NCBI GenBank assembly: GCA_049999805.1
Contig: JBNGIO010006191.1
Coordinates: 162,151-226,150 of the forward strand
DNA from: Folioceros fuciformis
Taxonomy: Eukaryota
Length of the DNA: 64,000 nucleotides
Direction of reading: 5' to 3'
Position numbers and translations under genes: made by a program. Each line of letters begins with the position of its first letter. Within the stretch, counting starts at the first letter, position 1. Of this stretch, positions 12,789-24,471 are shown piece after piece. The notes beneath the pieces were generated by a model. It saw nothing but the letters and a program-made list of their open reading frames with translations. It searched no databases and had not been told where the DNA came from.

Positions 12789-15700
12789 ATGGCTGCTGCC
12801 GCTGCCGCTGTCGCTGCCTGCGCACCCGCCGCCGCCGCCAGGGCGGGGCTGGTCCGGGAGGATGCTCCTCGCAGCTTCTGTTTCTCCGGGATGCGGAGGG
12901 TGGCGGTGTCCGGGACCCGAGGGGCGCAATTCTTGGGCACTTGCAAGGTTGGGACCGGGAATCGTAAGGTAAGGGGTTGGGAATTGATTGCCTTGTGCTC
13001 GGATTGGCCCGATATGGCCGCAATCGTGTTGGGCGCCTGGCCGGGAATGTGGATTGATTCGGAGTGGAGTATGTTCGTCGGTTTTGCAGAGGGTGGAGGT
13101 ACTTTTGTTGGCGAGAGCGGAGGCGGGAGGCAATGCGGCCGCCTCCTCGGGGCAGAACCCGGGCAATGGCGGGGGACTGGTGAAATCTTCCAAGGACCAG
13201 CAGCAGCAGGTTGTGCAGGCGGAGTATTTCGTGGAGCAGCCGCCTACCCCGTTGCTGGATACCATTAATTTTCCCGTCCACATGAAGAATCTCAACAAGA
13301 AGGTACGGACGGCCAGTCTGAGAATGGAATGGAATCGTTGAGTGCTGTGGCCTTGTACTGCAAGTGGAGGAAGTAGCTAGTTGCTGACTCCGTAACAAGT
13401 GCTTCCTTCCTGTGGCTGCTGTTTCGTGGGGGATCGTGCTCAACGGCATGGCTGCTTGTTTGGTGCGATGGGCAGGAACTCGAGCAGCTGGCGGACGAGT
13501 TGCGCACGGAGATGGTGTTCTCCGTGTCCAAGACCGGGGGCCACTTGGGCTCCGGGCTGGGAGTAGTGGATCTCACGGTGGCGCTGCACCACGTTTTCAA
13601 CACCCCGGAGGATAAGATTTTGTGGGACGTGGGCCATCAGGTAAGAGGCTGATCATCTCCACTTCCTCTTCCTCCGGCAATGTGAATTGCGGATGTAGTG
13701 CTTTCGCCTTGCTTGGCCTTGCCTTTGCCCTGGCCAGGATTCGGGATTCACGGTATGCTGGTTGCAATGGCAGGCCTACCCGCACAAGATCCTCACGGGC
13801 CGGAGGTCCAAGATGCACACTCTCCGCCAGACATCGGGACTGTCGGGCTTCACCAAGCGGAGCGAGAGCGAGCACGACGCCTTCGGGGCAGGCCACAGCT
13901 CCACTACCATCTCAGCGGGCCTGGGAATGGCGGTGGCCCGGGACCTTCAGGGCAAGAGCTACAACGTGATTGCGGTGATAGGGGACGGGGCGATGACGGC
14001 TGGCCAGGCCTACGAGGCAATGAACAATGCTGGGTACCTGGACTCCAACATCATCGTCATCCTCAACGACAACAAGCAGGTGTCTCTCCCCACAGCCACT
14101 CTGGACGGGCCTGCCCCGCCTGTTGGTGCCCTCAGCAGCGCCCTCTCCAAGCTCCAGTCCAGCAAGAAGCTCCGCACCCTTCGAGAAGCTGCCAAGGTGA
14201 AGTTGGTGCTTTCCTTCCTCCTCCCAATCCACTCATCTCCACGCTCGCTGCTGGCTCCTCACATCTGCTGGCTGCTTACATGATTGCGATGTGTCTTTTC
14301 TTCCATGGCAGGGCCTGACCAAGCAGATCGGAGGACAGACCCACGAGATTGCAGCCAAGGTGGACGAGTACGCTAGGGGTATGATCACCCCGGCAGGCTC
14401 CACTCTGTTCGAGGAGCTGGGCATGTATTACATCGGCCCGGTGGACGGGCACAACATGAATGATCTGGTGACCATCCTGGAGAACGTGAAGTCGGCCCCG
14501 GCGCCGGGCCCCGTGCTCATCCATGTGGTGACGGAGAAGGGGAGGGGCTACCCTTACGCAGAGAGAGCTGCAGACAAGTACCATGGCGTGGTGAAGTTTG
14601 ATCCGCCCACCGGAAAGCAGTTCAAGGCCAAGACCCCGACGCTGTCCTACACCCAGTACTTTGCGGAGGCTCTGATTGCAGAAGCTGCTGTGGATGAAAA
14701 GATTGTGGCCATCCATGCTGCAATGGGAGGAGGCACCGGACTCAATTTCTTCCAGAAGAAATTCCCGGAGCGGACCTTCGATGTGGGGATTGCGGAGCAG
14801 CACGCCGTGACATTCGCGGCTGGGCTGGCCACGGAGGGGATGAAGCCCTTCTGCGCCATCTACTCTTCATTTCTGCAGCGGGGCTACGACCAAGTGGTCC
14901 ACGACGTGGACCTGCAGAAGCTTCCGGTGCGCTTCGCCATGGACAGGGCTGGACTGGTGGGAGCCGACGGACCCACGCACTGCGGGGCGTTCGACGTCAC
15001 CTACATGGCCTGCCTGCCCAACATGGTGGTCATGGCTCCCTCGGACGAGACTGAGCTGATGCACATGGTGGCCACCTCTGCTGCCATCGATGACAGACCC
15101 AGCTGCTTCAGATTTCCTCGTGGCAACGGGATTGGCTCTCCTCTTCCCCCGAACAACAAGGGGGTCCCCATCGAGGTATGTTACACTCCACATCACATTC
15201 AATTCCATTCCAGTCCCCACTGCCCTACCCACATGGTCCTGCGTGATGTGCATCATCACCATAAGCATCAGCATCAGCGAATGCTCCAACAGCTTGGACT
15301 GACTCAGATGGGTTGCGCTCTCGTCTCCTGTGACGCACTGCAGCTGGGGAAGGGGCGAGTCCTGACTGAAGGAACCCAGGTGGCTATCGTGGGGTACGGC
15401 ACCATCGTGCAGGAGTGCCTGGGAGCAGGGAAGCTGCTCCAGGAGCGTGGCATCACTGCCACGATTGTGGATGCCCGATTCTGCAAGCCTCTGGACACAG
15501 CTCTGATTAGGAGCCTGGCCAAGGAGCACCAGTTGCTCCTCACCGTGGAAGAGGGCTCCATCGGGGGCTTCGGCTCTCACGTCGCCCAGTACCTGGCTCT
15601 GGAAGGACTGTTGGACGGCGGCCTCAAGGTAACCCAACCCATTCCGAGCTTCCGCACCAAAACCCACCTCCATTGTGCTGACGTAGGAGTAGCATGGACA

Positions 15701-15953
15701 GAACAGCAGGGGATAATGTTTTGTTTTTTCTTCTTTTCTTTTCCCAAGCATGTTCGTGTAAGGACTGACAGGTCTATCCATCGGCGATTGGTTGTCCCTG
15801 CAGTGGCGGCCCATGGTACTTCCCGACCGCTACATCGACCACGGCGCCCCCAAGGACCAGCTGGCCGAAGCCGGATTGTCGGCCTCCCACATCGCTGCAA
15901 CAGTGCTATCTGTGCTGGGGAGGTCCAGAGACGCCCTGGAAATGAAGCAATAG
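12789..15953 (+). CDS. DXS: 1-deoxy-D-xylulose-5-phosphate synthase, plastid, multi-exon
   Basis: [41 protein letters not shown], ThDP-binding motif [61 protein letters not shown]; last exon [14 protein letters not shown]...MKQ* ends at 15953. Confidence 0.97.
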
Positions 15954-18488
15954 GGGCGGATCAAGCCGCACCCACATACCCCTCCCTGCCTTCCTACCGA
16001 CCTACATCACGAGCTAGTTGCCTGGAGTGCCTTCTCCTGATCCGGGTACAGTTTTTGCGTTTCCTGTTTTTTGTCTTCAGGTGGCGAGTCCGCTCCCAGA
16101 CCTTTGCTTCCTTGTACAACAAACTCCGGCTAGTCGCCTAGTGTAGAACGTCGGTGATAAAATTTATCATCCCCTCCAGGGCTGCGTGATGCTCGTATGC
16201 ATGTGCTTTGAGCGCATTTAGGGAGAGCCTCACGTATGCAGTGTACTGGTGCATACCCCCTGGACCCTGGACAAAAATTGTCTTCGGGATTTGGCCAGCA
16301 GGAGGTTTGACCCCTGACTTTGGAATGGCCACCATAAACAAAACATTCCCATCCAAACTTTCACACCTGTTTCCTATTTATGGCCTTTTGTTATTACAGT
16401 ATGTATGCCGCTTTACTGCAGGCGTTTTCATGTCCACGTCCATGTCCTGCATTACCGAGAATATTATGAACTGTAGCGAACACTACTAATAATACTTTAA
16501 AATTCCAAACTGATCAACTATGTACATTTGTGGTGTACTTTGGAGTTGAAGCCATCTGGTGTTGCAGCGGTCCGGTGATGACAGTGATAGGAACGAGTGG
16601 GAGTGGGATTGCAGGCTGGCCTGGCCTGGCCTGGGTTGGCCTGGCATTGACCGCGTCCACAGCTTTGGCATCTGCACCCAGAAAAAGTTGTGCACGAACA
16701 GATGTAGATGTCCCAGCCACAAGCTGCGATGTCGCATTGAATCCTGGAAACCCCAAGCCCAGGGTAGTTGCTGGGATGCTTTGCTTACCCCGGGAATGAA
16801 AAAGAAGCGTCCTGGAGTCGAGGACCTCTGTAAAAGTTTCTCAAACAATCGCGCACCGCGAACCGGGAATAAAGATTAGAGTTCAGAGTCTGCTGGAACA
16901 GCTTGTTGTCGTGGGACGACACGAATCCCACCTGCGACTCGCCCGAAAGCGCGAAAGCCAGCACTGGCTCCGAGGCACAGCAGCGCACATCACGGCCAAG
17001 GACATGACATGCAAATCAGTGTTGTCCGAGCCAGCTCCAGGCGCGCCGTTGCCGGAGTTGCGCTCGCTTCGGTCTCGGTCGCCCTGTGAAGAGTCGTCGT
17101 ATGTACTCTACATTTGATTCAAGAATTGTGTGCCCCAGCCTTCGGCTGGAATATTAATGTGCAGAGACGAGTGATGCTGAAGGAGAAGGGTCGGATAACT
17201 TCAACGTGCGTGGCTCCACTCTTTGTACCCCCCGATAAGTAGTCATAACAGACCGTCGGCCGGCCCGGCTGGGGCTGGCCCTTCCCCTTGGCCGGTGCAC
17301 TGCAATTTGACTGCAGTCCTGAAGGCGTGGATGCCAGAGTCTGTTTGTCTACTTAAATTGACGTGAATTAGCCGGCAGTGGAATTCCCGACCCTGGCGAG
17401 TGAAGGACCAGTAGGAAATGCGGTGATGCCTCTACACTCCTCATCACTCCTTTGTCGCAGTTTGCACACAGCTTCTGGTAGTGGGCCTCGTCCACTGGCA
17501 GTCACACAGCTGGTCGGTCGTTCGCAAAAGCCACCACTGTAGAGAACACTAGAGCACACCCGAGAACACGGACACAATGGCACTGATGCCGGTTGCTAGA
17601 GCATGCAAAACTAAGAACATCAGTTGAACGTGTCTTGACGCCGGGTAACACCGCGTTCATGCTAAGGAAGGACCACGATGGCCTCAACGAGGCTCACTAA
17701 CGGAGGGTCCCTGCAAGCGTCCCCTCATCAGAGAAGAGTCTCACGCTGCTTCGGAGATCAAGCGCTTATAAAGGTCCGACACATTACAGTGTGCCACAAT
17801 TTTGCATCATTACCTGGCCCCCAGGCAAAACTATGGTTAATCCCTGAGGACATATTATCCACGCAATCAGTGAGCGTTAGTGCACATTCAGCGCAATTCT
17901 CTGAAGAGATGCGAGCAAAAAGTGGGGCAACTCTGGTGTGGAGAGAGCCTTGAGCCCAATTCCGGTGGGCTCCTGGTGCCTCCCCAGCTCGAGCAGACCA
18001 CCAGCCTTAACAACTTATCCGAGCCTCCGTCCTGCAATAGAATGCACATGATGTTAACAACGTTATAACAGTTTGGGGATTGCACTCAGTTCCCAAGGGT
18101 GAGAGGAGAGGGGCAGGAAACAGGTGGCAGGGACGAAGGGAAAACGTCAGCTGAGGATTGAGAGGGGAAGACAGAGGAGGATAGCGTGAGAAGAAGACAT
18201 CACAGCAGGGGCCTCCAGAGGTAAGAAGCACAGCAAGAAAGGGGGAGGAAACACGCCTGAGGGATGAGTGAAGTGGGCGGGGGAACAGAGCTGCTGTGGC
18301 TAACCACCTGTGAATATCACAGCGCCGCGTTTCCGGGCGCCCCCTACCACAGCTGCAAGCACAATCCAGCACGCGCAGCCCCGATCTCAGAGGATCTTAG
18401 TCAAATTCCACTGACTCCTTCTGCCTCACAGTGAGCTCGCCCAACTCCGTCTCTCGGCCAGATAGCAATGCTGACTTCCTCCTGCTTC

Positions 18489-21140
18489 TCACGGTCTACC
18501 CTTACAACTACAAGACCCAGCTGTGAATCGATGCACACGGTACCCATCCCTTACAACAATGTTTCTCCGTTCAAGCCTTGACATGATCTCCGTGGAGCTA
18601 TGACAGTCACTGCACATGCGTAGATTCTTCGTTACCACCAGAGGTGTCCCACTCGGAGTGTTCAAGAGACCAAACGCCAGAGCTAGCTTCTCAGCATGCC
18701 CGCAAAGCAAGTCTTCCTTTTCCTTCTCACACAGTGGCTTCAACACTAGCTTGGTGTGAGGTACGTGGCCTCCTTCCTGCCTCATACGTGCGTTTGTGCT
18801 CTCTAACTTAAGAGCAATATCCTCTCGCCTTTCACCCACCAGAAATCGATGTACCTCCTTATTCACCTCAATGGTTGCCACTGCAGCTTTCTTGTTCGCT
18901 CCTGCTACCCTTCTCTGTGTTTCAATCCTGTCCACATCGGTCCACCTACCTGCATCTGCAAAGGCATTCGCCATGAGCACATAGGCAGGCGCCTCCTGGG
19001 GGTCCAACCGAAGGATGCTTTCAAAGCAACGGATCGCCCTCTCTAGATCACCGTGACTTTTGCAGGCATTCAACAAAGACGTCAACCCCACAACGTCCAC
19101 TTGGCTCCCACAAGACAAAAGCATATTCTCTGCCTCATCTAAATTGCCTGCACGCCCGAGAAGATCAATCATGCAATTGTAATGCTCCACAGTAGGTTTT
19201 ATGCCATGCTGTTCCGCCATGGAATCAAAGTGCTTGCGACCCTCCTGGACGAGTCCCTCATGACTGCATGCTACTAACAAGCACGCAAACGTGGCGCCAT
19301 CAGGCTGAACACCTGCAACCAACATCTCCTCAAAACAAGCTAGAGCCTTGCGACCCTCATCACAAGTACCATATCCAGATATCAGAGCGGACCATGTCAC
19401 CACATCCTTCGTGTTCATGCTGTTAAAGACCTGGCGCGCAGCTTCCAGTTCACCACATTTTGCATACATGTCCACCAGGCAGTTTCCCAGCATTACGTCA
19501 TCCAGCAGTCCTCTTCCCACAATCTGTGAGTGCAGCTGCCTGCCCATCTGTAAAGCACCAACGCTGGCACAGGCTTTCAGAAGTAAACCCAAAGTAAGGT
19601 GGTCAGCCAACATCAGACCCTCCTGCTCCATTTGTTCATACAGATCAAGCGCCTCTTGGCCGAGACCTTGCTGGGCATACCCGCCTATCAGGGCAGTCCA
19701 TGTAACCACATTTTTCGTGTTCATGCTGTCAAAAACCTGGCGTGCAGCTACCAGTTCACCACATTTTGCATACCCAGATATCAGGGCATTCCATGTTACC
19801 ACATCCTTTGTGACCATGCTATCAAAAACCTGGCGTGCATCTTTCAGTTTGCCACATTTTGCATATCCAGCAATCAGCACCGTCCATGTGACTACATCTT
19901 TCGAGGCCATGCTGTCAAAAACCTGACGTGCATCGTTCAGCTCGCCACATTTCGCATACATGTGCACCAGGATGTTGCCAACAAACAAGTTAGTGGGAAT
20001 GCCACACTGGACCACATCGCAGTGCACTTTTCTGCCAGATTCCAAGTCAGCAGAAAATGAACAGGCTTGAAGGGCAGCTACAAAGACGTGAGCATTCGCC
20101 TTCACTCCTGATCTGCGCATCTCATGGTACAGTTGTATGGCCTCATTGGGTTTCCCGTGTTTGGCATGTGCAGAGATAATGGAAAACCACATGAAAACAT
20201 TCGGTGTGGCCACGCTAGTGAACACATCCATGGCTTCCTGCAGCCTCCCTGCACATGCATACATGCGCAAGATATGGTTCCCCAAGTATGCACTCGACTC
20301 ATAACCTAGTTTGACAGTCAGATCATGAACTCTTCGCCCCATAACCAAATCCTTCTTAGCAGTACACAGTTTTAGCACAGTGTAGATCAGGGACTGAGAA
20401 ATAACAGAGTCAGACTGGGCCAGATATTCCAGGGCTCCAACGGCCTCAGATAGCCTCCCCTGCTGACATAAGATGCCCACGGTTCCAACCGTCCGCACGG
20501 CCATTTCCGATTCTGAACGCCGGCCAGGTTCAAGCGTATCCAGAGAGCTCCACTCGGAAGGAGAGGCACCATGACCACCCATCTGCATATCCAAGGCAAC
20601 GAGCTGCTCATCAACCCAAGCTGGCTTGAACATGCTGTTCAACCACAGCACCTCACCGGACCCTTTACGCCAGAAGTCAGGCGAACAGGAGCTCTCCTTG
20701 TACAGTCTGTTGTCCCACCACACTTCAGGGTCCAGAAAGAATTTTTGCCACAGGTGCTCCTGCTCCTGGCGACGACCATCGTTGGAAAACCCGACCTCGC
20801 CCACACATTCTCTCGGGAATGGAGGTGCTTGCCTTCTTACACTGCTGCACCTGGAGGCTCTGTTTGCCAGGCATTCACTCCCTAAAATGAGGTTAGTGGG
20901 AACTCCAAGTACAATCCCTGTAGACAGACGAACTTCTTGTGTCCACAACGGGATTAGCAAAAGTAAGGGCAACCTACGTGTTTGGATGTAGCCGTAGGTT
21001 GGCGGAGCCAGGGGGAGGTAGCTGCAGGTGCGACATCCTGGTGAACACAGCCGGATCCGGACGACAGTAGAGGAGGAGGATGAGCATGCCGCTGATGAAA
21101 GGCGTAGCAGGGAGCATAGGCGTCGCGCTGCTGAAGCCAT
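18489..21140 (-). CDS. Intronless PLS-class PPR protein with N-terminal PDF motif and C-terminal DYW:KP (GRP-ending) domain; candidate U-to-C organellar editing factor
   Basis: Transit-peptide-like start MASAARRLCSLLRLSS; P/L/S/SS motifs and E1/E2; KKAAVATIEV, HAEKLALAFG, CSDCH and terminal CSCKGRP. Confidence 0.93.
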   Translation of the reverse strand: MASAARRLCSLLRLSSAACSSSSSTVVRIRLCSPGCRTCSYLPLAPPTYGYIQTRRLPLLLLIPLWTQEVRLSTGIVLGVPTNLILGSECLANRASRCSSVRRQAPPFPRECVGEVGFSNDGRRQEQEHLWQKFFLDPEVWWDNRLYKESSCSPDFWRKGSGEVLWLNSMFKPAWVDEQLVALDMQMGGHGASPSEWSSLDTLEPGRRSESEMAVRTVGTVGILCQQGRLSEAVGALEYLAQSDSVISQSLIYTVLKLCTAKKDLVMGRRVHDLTVKLGYESSAYLGNHILRMYACAGRLQEAMDVFTSVATPNVFMWFSIISAHAKHGKPNEAIQLYHEMRRSGVKANAHVFVAALQACSFSADLESGRKVHCDVVQCGIPTNLFVGNILVHMYAKCGELNDARQVFDSMASKDVVTWTVLIAGYAKCGKLKDARQVFDSMVTKDVVTWNALISGYAKCGELVAARQVFDSMNTKNVVTWTALIGGYAQQGLGQEALDLYEQMEQEGLMLADHLTLGLLLKACASVGALQMGRQLHSQIVGRGLLDDVMLGNCLVDMYAKCGELEAARQVFNSMNTKDVVTWSALISGYGTCDEGRKALACFEEMLVAGVQPDGATFACLLVACSHEGLVQEGRKHFDSMAEQHGIKPTVEHYNCMIDLLGRAGNLDEAENMLLSCGSQVDVVGLTSLLNACKSHGDLERAIRCFESILRLDPQEAPAYVLMANAFADAGRWTDVDRIETQRRVAGANKKAAVATIEVNKEVHRFLVGERREDIALKLESTNARMRQEGGHVPHTKLVLKPLCEKEKEDLLCGHAEKLALAFGLLNTPSGTPLVVTKNLRMCSDCHSSTEIMSRLERRNIVVRDGYRVHRFTAGSCSCKGRP

Positions 21141-21744
21141 GGCCAGGCAGCGAAAGAGCACAACCTATCGCCGGAACAGGTGCCAAATTCGTAGCCGGTG
21201 GGCCGCATAGCGGCAGCTTTGGGTGCAAGGTGGATCACGGCCGGTAACAAGCACCACTGGCAAACATCAGAACGTGGTTGCCAAAGCTTTTAGTTGGAGG
21301 TGTGACGCGTATCCATAATGGTCTATGTACTTAACCCAATAAGGCCATCTGCCTTTTTGCACGGCTTCGACGTTTCTGCTGTTATTATGAATAACTAAAT
21401 ACATAAAGGAAACCCTGATCCGAAACGTCTCAACATCACAATTACCGCGATGTCCTCCTCTGCACAGATACCCCATACACTAAAGCAGACTGAAGATGAA
21501 CCGTCCGACTTAAGTTGAGATGGGTAGGTCCGAATGGAAAAAAAGCAATTAACGATAAGTTTCAATCACTTACAGATAATGAGACTTAGTGGGTTTGTGA
21601 ATTGCCTGCACGATGCTCCATTGTGGGCAGTAAGTGGACTTCCAAAATTAAGTACACCACTAACGGTGCAATCTGGCACCATAAGGGCAAGTCTCATTGC
21701 ATAAGGGAATACTCAACACTCTAGTGCAAATTATGATGACGATT

Positions 21745-22320
21745 ACCTCTTCTTTCTTGTTGTTTAGATAAGTTCACTATTCTAGCAAGGCACTAGCAGG
21801 CATATGGCATGCCAAAGGCGACAAAGACTGAAAATTTCAAGCTAGAACCAACCAGAGGTGGTTGTGCAATGGTTGTCTACAAGAATGCATCGAGAGTGAG
21901 GTGGGTCCTAGGCTTGGGCATAATTGCACCCTAAAGCATATGTGCAAGAATTCATCTCGAGAGTGAGGTGGGTCCTAGGCTTGGGCATGATTGCACCCTA
22001 AAGCATATGCCGTGAAGATCCTCTTCTTTCTTGTTGTTCAGATAAGTTCACTATTCTAACAGGCATATGGCATGCCAAAGATGACAAAGACTGAAATTTT
22101 CAAGTTCTTGTTGTTTAGATAAGTTCACTATTCTAACATGCATATGGCATGCCAAAGATGACAAAGACTAAAATTTTCAAACAAGAACCAGCCACCTCTA
22201 GCTGTACAACCACATAGAGTGGTTAGAGTGGTTGTGTGCAAGAATGCATCGAGAGTGAGCTGGGTCCTAGGCTTGGGCATGATTGCGCCCTAAAGCATAT
22301 CCTGTGAAGATCCTCTCCGT
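21745..22320. repeat. Mosaic of duplicated 60-100 bp blocks (TE-derived)
   Basis: TTCTTGTTGTT(T/C)AGATAAGTTCACTATTCTA...GCATATGGCATGCCAAAG occurs three times; GAGAGTGAG.TGGGTCCTAGGCTTGGGCAT.ATTGC.CCCTAAAGCATAT occurs three times. Confidence 0.85.
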
Positions 22321-22687
22321 GATAGCAAAACATAGTAAAGAAAGCAATTGTATGAGTTTGTAGCCTTGTGAAGAAGGTTGTGCATTGAAAAACTACAAGG
22401 ATAGGCCATTTTTACTCAAATCTATGCCTGTCTCTTGCAATTGTTGTGTTCCCTTGGGTGCAAAGTCCGATTTGGTTTGTTTGCCTAAGCGGATATCAAA
22501 ATATGGGAATCCAAGTGGAGGATATGTTCCTAGATACTCCATGAGAAAACAATAGAATACTAGTAGAGAGAGATGAACTGCTTTGGCATGCCTTACTCCA
22601 AACCTCAGAATTGAACTCCCTCGTTGTTTATTTATGTTCATGCTCAGTTTGAGTATTGCTTAAGCTCCCTTATTTGGTTATTTTATA

Positions 22688-24471
22688 TATGGCATGCCAA
22701 AGGGGACACCTACTCTCTCTCTACATTTTTCAAAAAACACGTTGCACATGTTCCTTTTGGCGTGTCCATGAATTTTAGGCTCATTGCTAAAGGAGACATG
22801 TATGCACATGGTGTGAAAAAAGATGTTTGCTAGCTCATTGTATATGAAGCACGCATACACTAACAAAATACACACCACCACAACAAGCAAACATTTCAGG
22901 TTGCTTGGGTTTAGGGTTAGGATTACGCTTTACCACACAAAGCGCTAGCTGAACTACCAGGCAAGGACGGCCATGGGTAGGGAATCCCCTTCTAGAGCCC
23001 AAGCTCGCACACCACCTACGTCTACCAACCACCCTACGGGTTAGGGTTTATACTCATAGGGCGTCTGGTCTCCAGCTTGTTTCAAGCTCATTCTCTAGCT
23101 CTATACTTGCCTCTGTCGCGAGCGCAAATAGCTGTGGCCTCCAGCTCATTTCAAGCTCATTCTCCGGCTCTGCCCCTACTTATGTCACAAGCGCAAATAG
23201 AAGTGGCCTCTAGCCCATTTCAGGCTCATTCTCTGGCTCTACGCCTACCTATGTCGCAGGCGCAAATAGCAGCGACCTCCAGCTCGAATCAGGCCCATTC
23301 TCTGACTATGCACCTACCTATGCCGCAGGCGCAAATAGTAGCGACCTTCATCCCATGTCAGGCCCATTCTCCGACTCTGCGCCTACCTATGTCATAGGCG
23401 CAAATCGCTCTAAGGCATTACCCTTCACTCTACCTCACTCACCCTAAAGTCTGGCTTCTCCATTGGGCTAAGGTCTTGTCTTAGGGAAGTTAGATGAGAG
23501 GAGTCTCCTGCGACAACAAAAATGTGACTGCTTTGTCATAAGGTTTTGTTTCCACAGCTTTCATCTAAGTCATTGGCTCTAGGATTGGGGACATGTCTTT
23601 CATTCCAAATATAGTGCAAAGAGCGAATACTCGTTGTTTTACAGCAGCAGCCTTTGGCCATAGCTACAAAAGTTTCAAACACAACTAGACACACATATCG
23701 CTCGCCTCACTATTTGCCTACAACCACCATTTCTTCACAGGATGGGTTGCACATACATAGCCTCCCCAGATCTGCCTTGCTATATGGCTATGCATTTGCT
23801 CCCCGCTCCACAAAAAGTCCAAGCAAGAGGTTTCTCATCTATCATGTCCATAAGCTATACTTGTCCTCCATCTACGTTCACAATATGTCCTAAAGGCATA
23901 ATTCCTTGCGCCTGTAGTATAGGCATATTGCATCAGCCAAGGGAGGATTGTTGATGCTTCTATGTATAACTTGTGTTCTCCCTCAGAAGAGTGATACGCA
24001 ATGTTTTGATGGTTTGCAATAAAAACACCAAACATGTAGAGTTGATGGAGGGAGCATAAGAGAAGGGCATCACGAAATTCCACAATCCCTGGATCCAACG
24101 CCCGAAGGGAGGAGGCGATTGTGTGCCTTGAGAACCCTAAACTTCTAAGCATCATGAAGGCTACGTGTAGGCTGAACAATCAACCAAGGAAGGGTACGCA
24201 ACTCTGCAAATGCATGCAATCACTTTCATACATATTTCGTCTTCTCTAGGATTGGATCTTTAGAGCTTATTCTCTTTTTTAGGGTTTGCAAGTCACACGA
24301 CTATTGAGTGCATACAATTTTAAGGTTTTCCTTCAGCCCGCAGTCCCTTACGAAAACCGGTTTGGTTGGTTTGCCAAAGGGAAAACGAAAAAAGTGGGCA
24401 TCATATGGGGATATTTGCGGAGAAACTAATACAATAGTTAAGTGAGAGAGTGTTCCCTTTGGCATGCCATA
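22688..24471. mobile_element. Putative TIR DNA-transposon derivative of about 1.8 kb
   Basis: TATGGCATGCCAAAGGGGACAC (22688-22709) is inverted at 24450-24471 (21/22 match); the same terminus recurs at 63899-63929; contains an internal 69-bp tandem array and telomere-like GGGTT(T)A runs. Confidence 0.6.
23070..23405 (+). repeat. 69-bp tandem repeat x5
   Basis: TCA(A/G)GC(T/C)CATTCTC recurs at about 23082, 23151, 23220, 23289 and 23358. Confidence 0.9.

Noticed and set aside
12226-13449. Long overlapping ORFs on both strands around the DXS 5' end
   Set aside because: Explained by high GC and hexamer microsatellites depleting stop codons; the translations are low-complexity.
14291-16141. 616-aa ORF as a DXS with a His-rich insertion and a novel C-terminus
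   Set aside because: The His-rich and Phe-rich segments are read-through of GT-AG introns (about 15176-15343 and 15629-15802); splicing restores canonical DXS.
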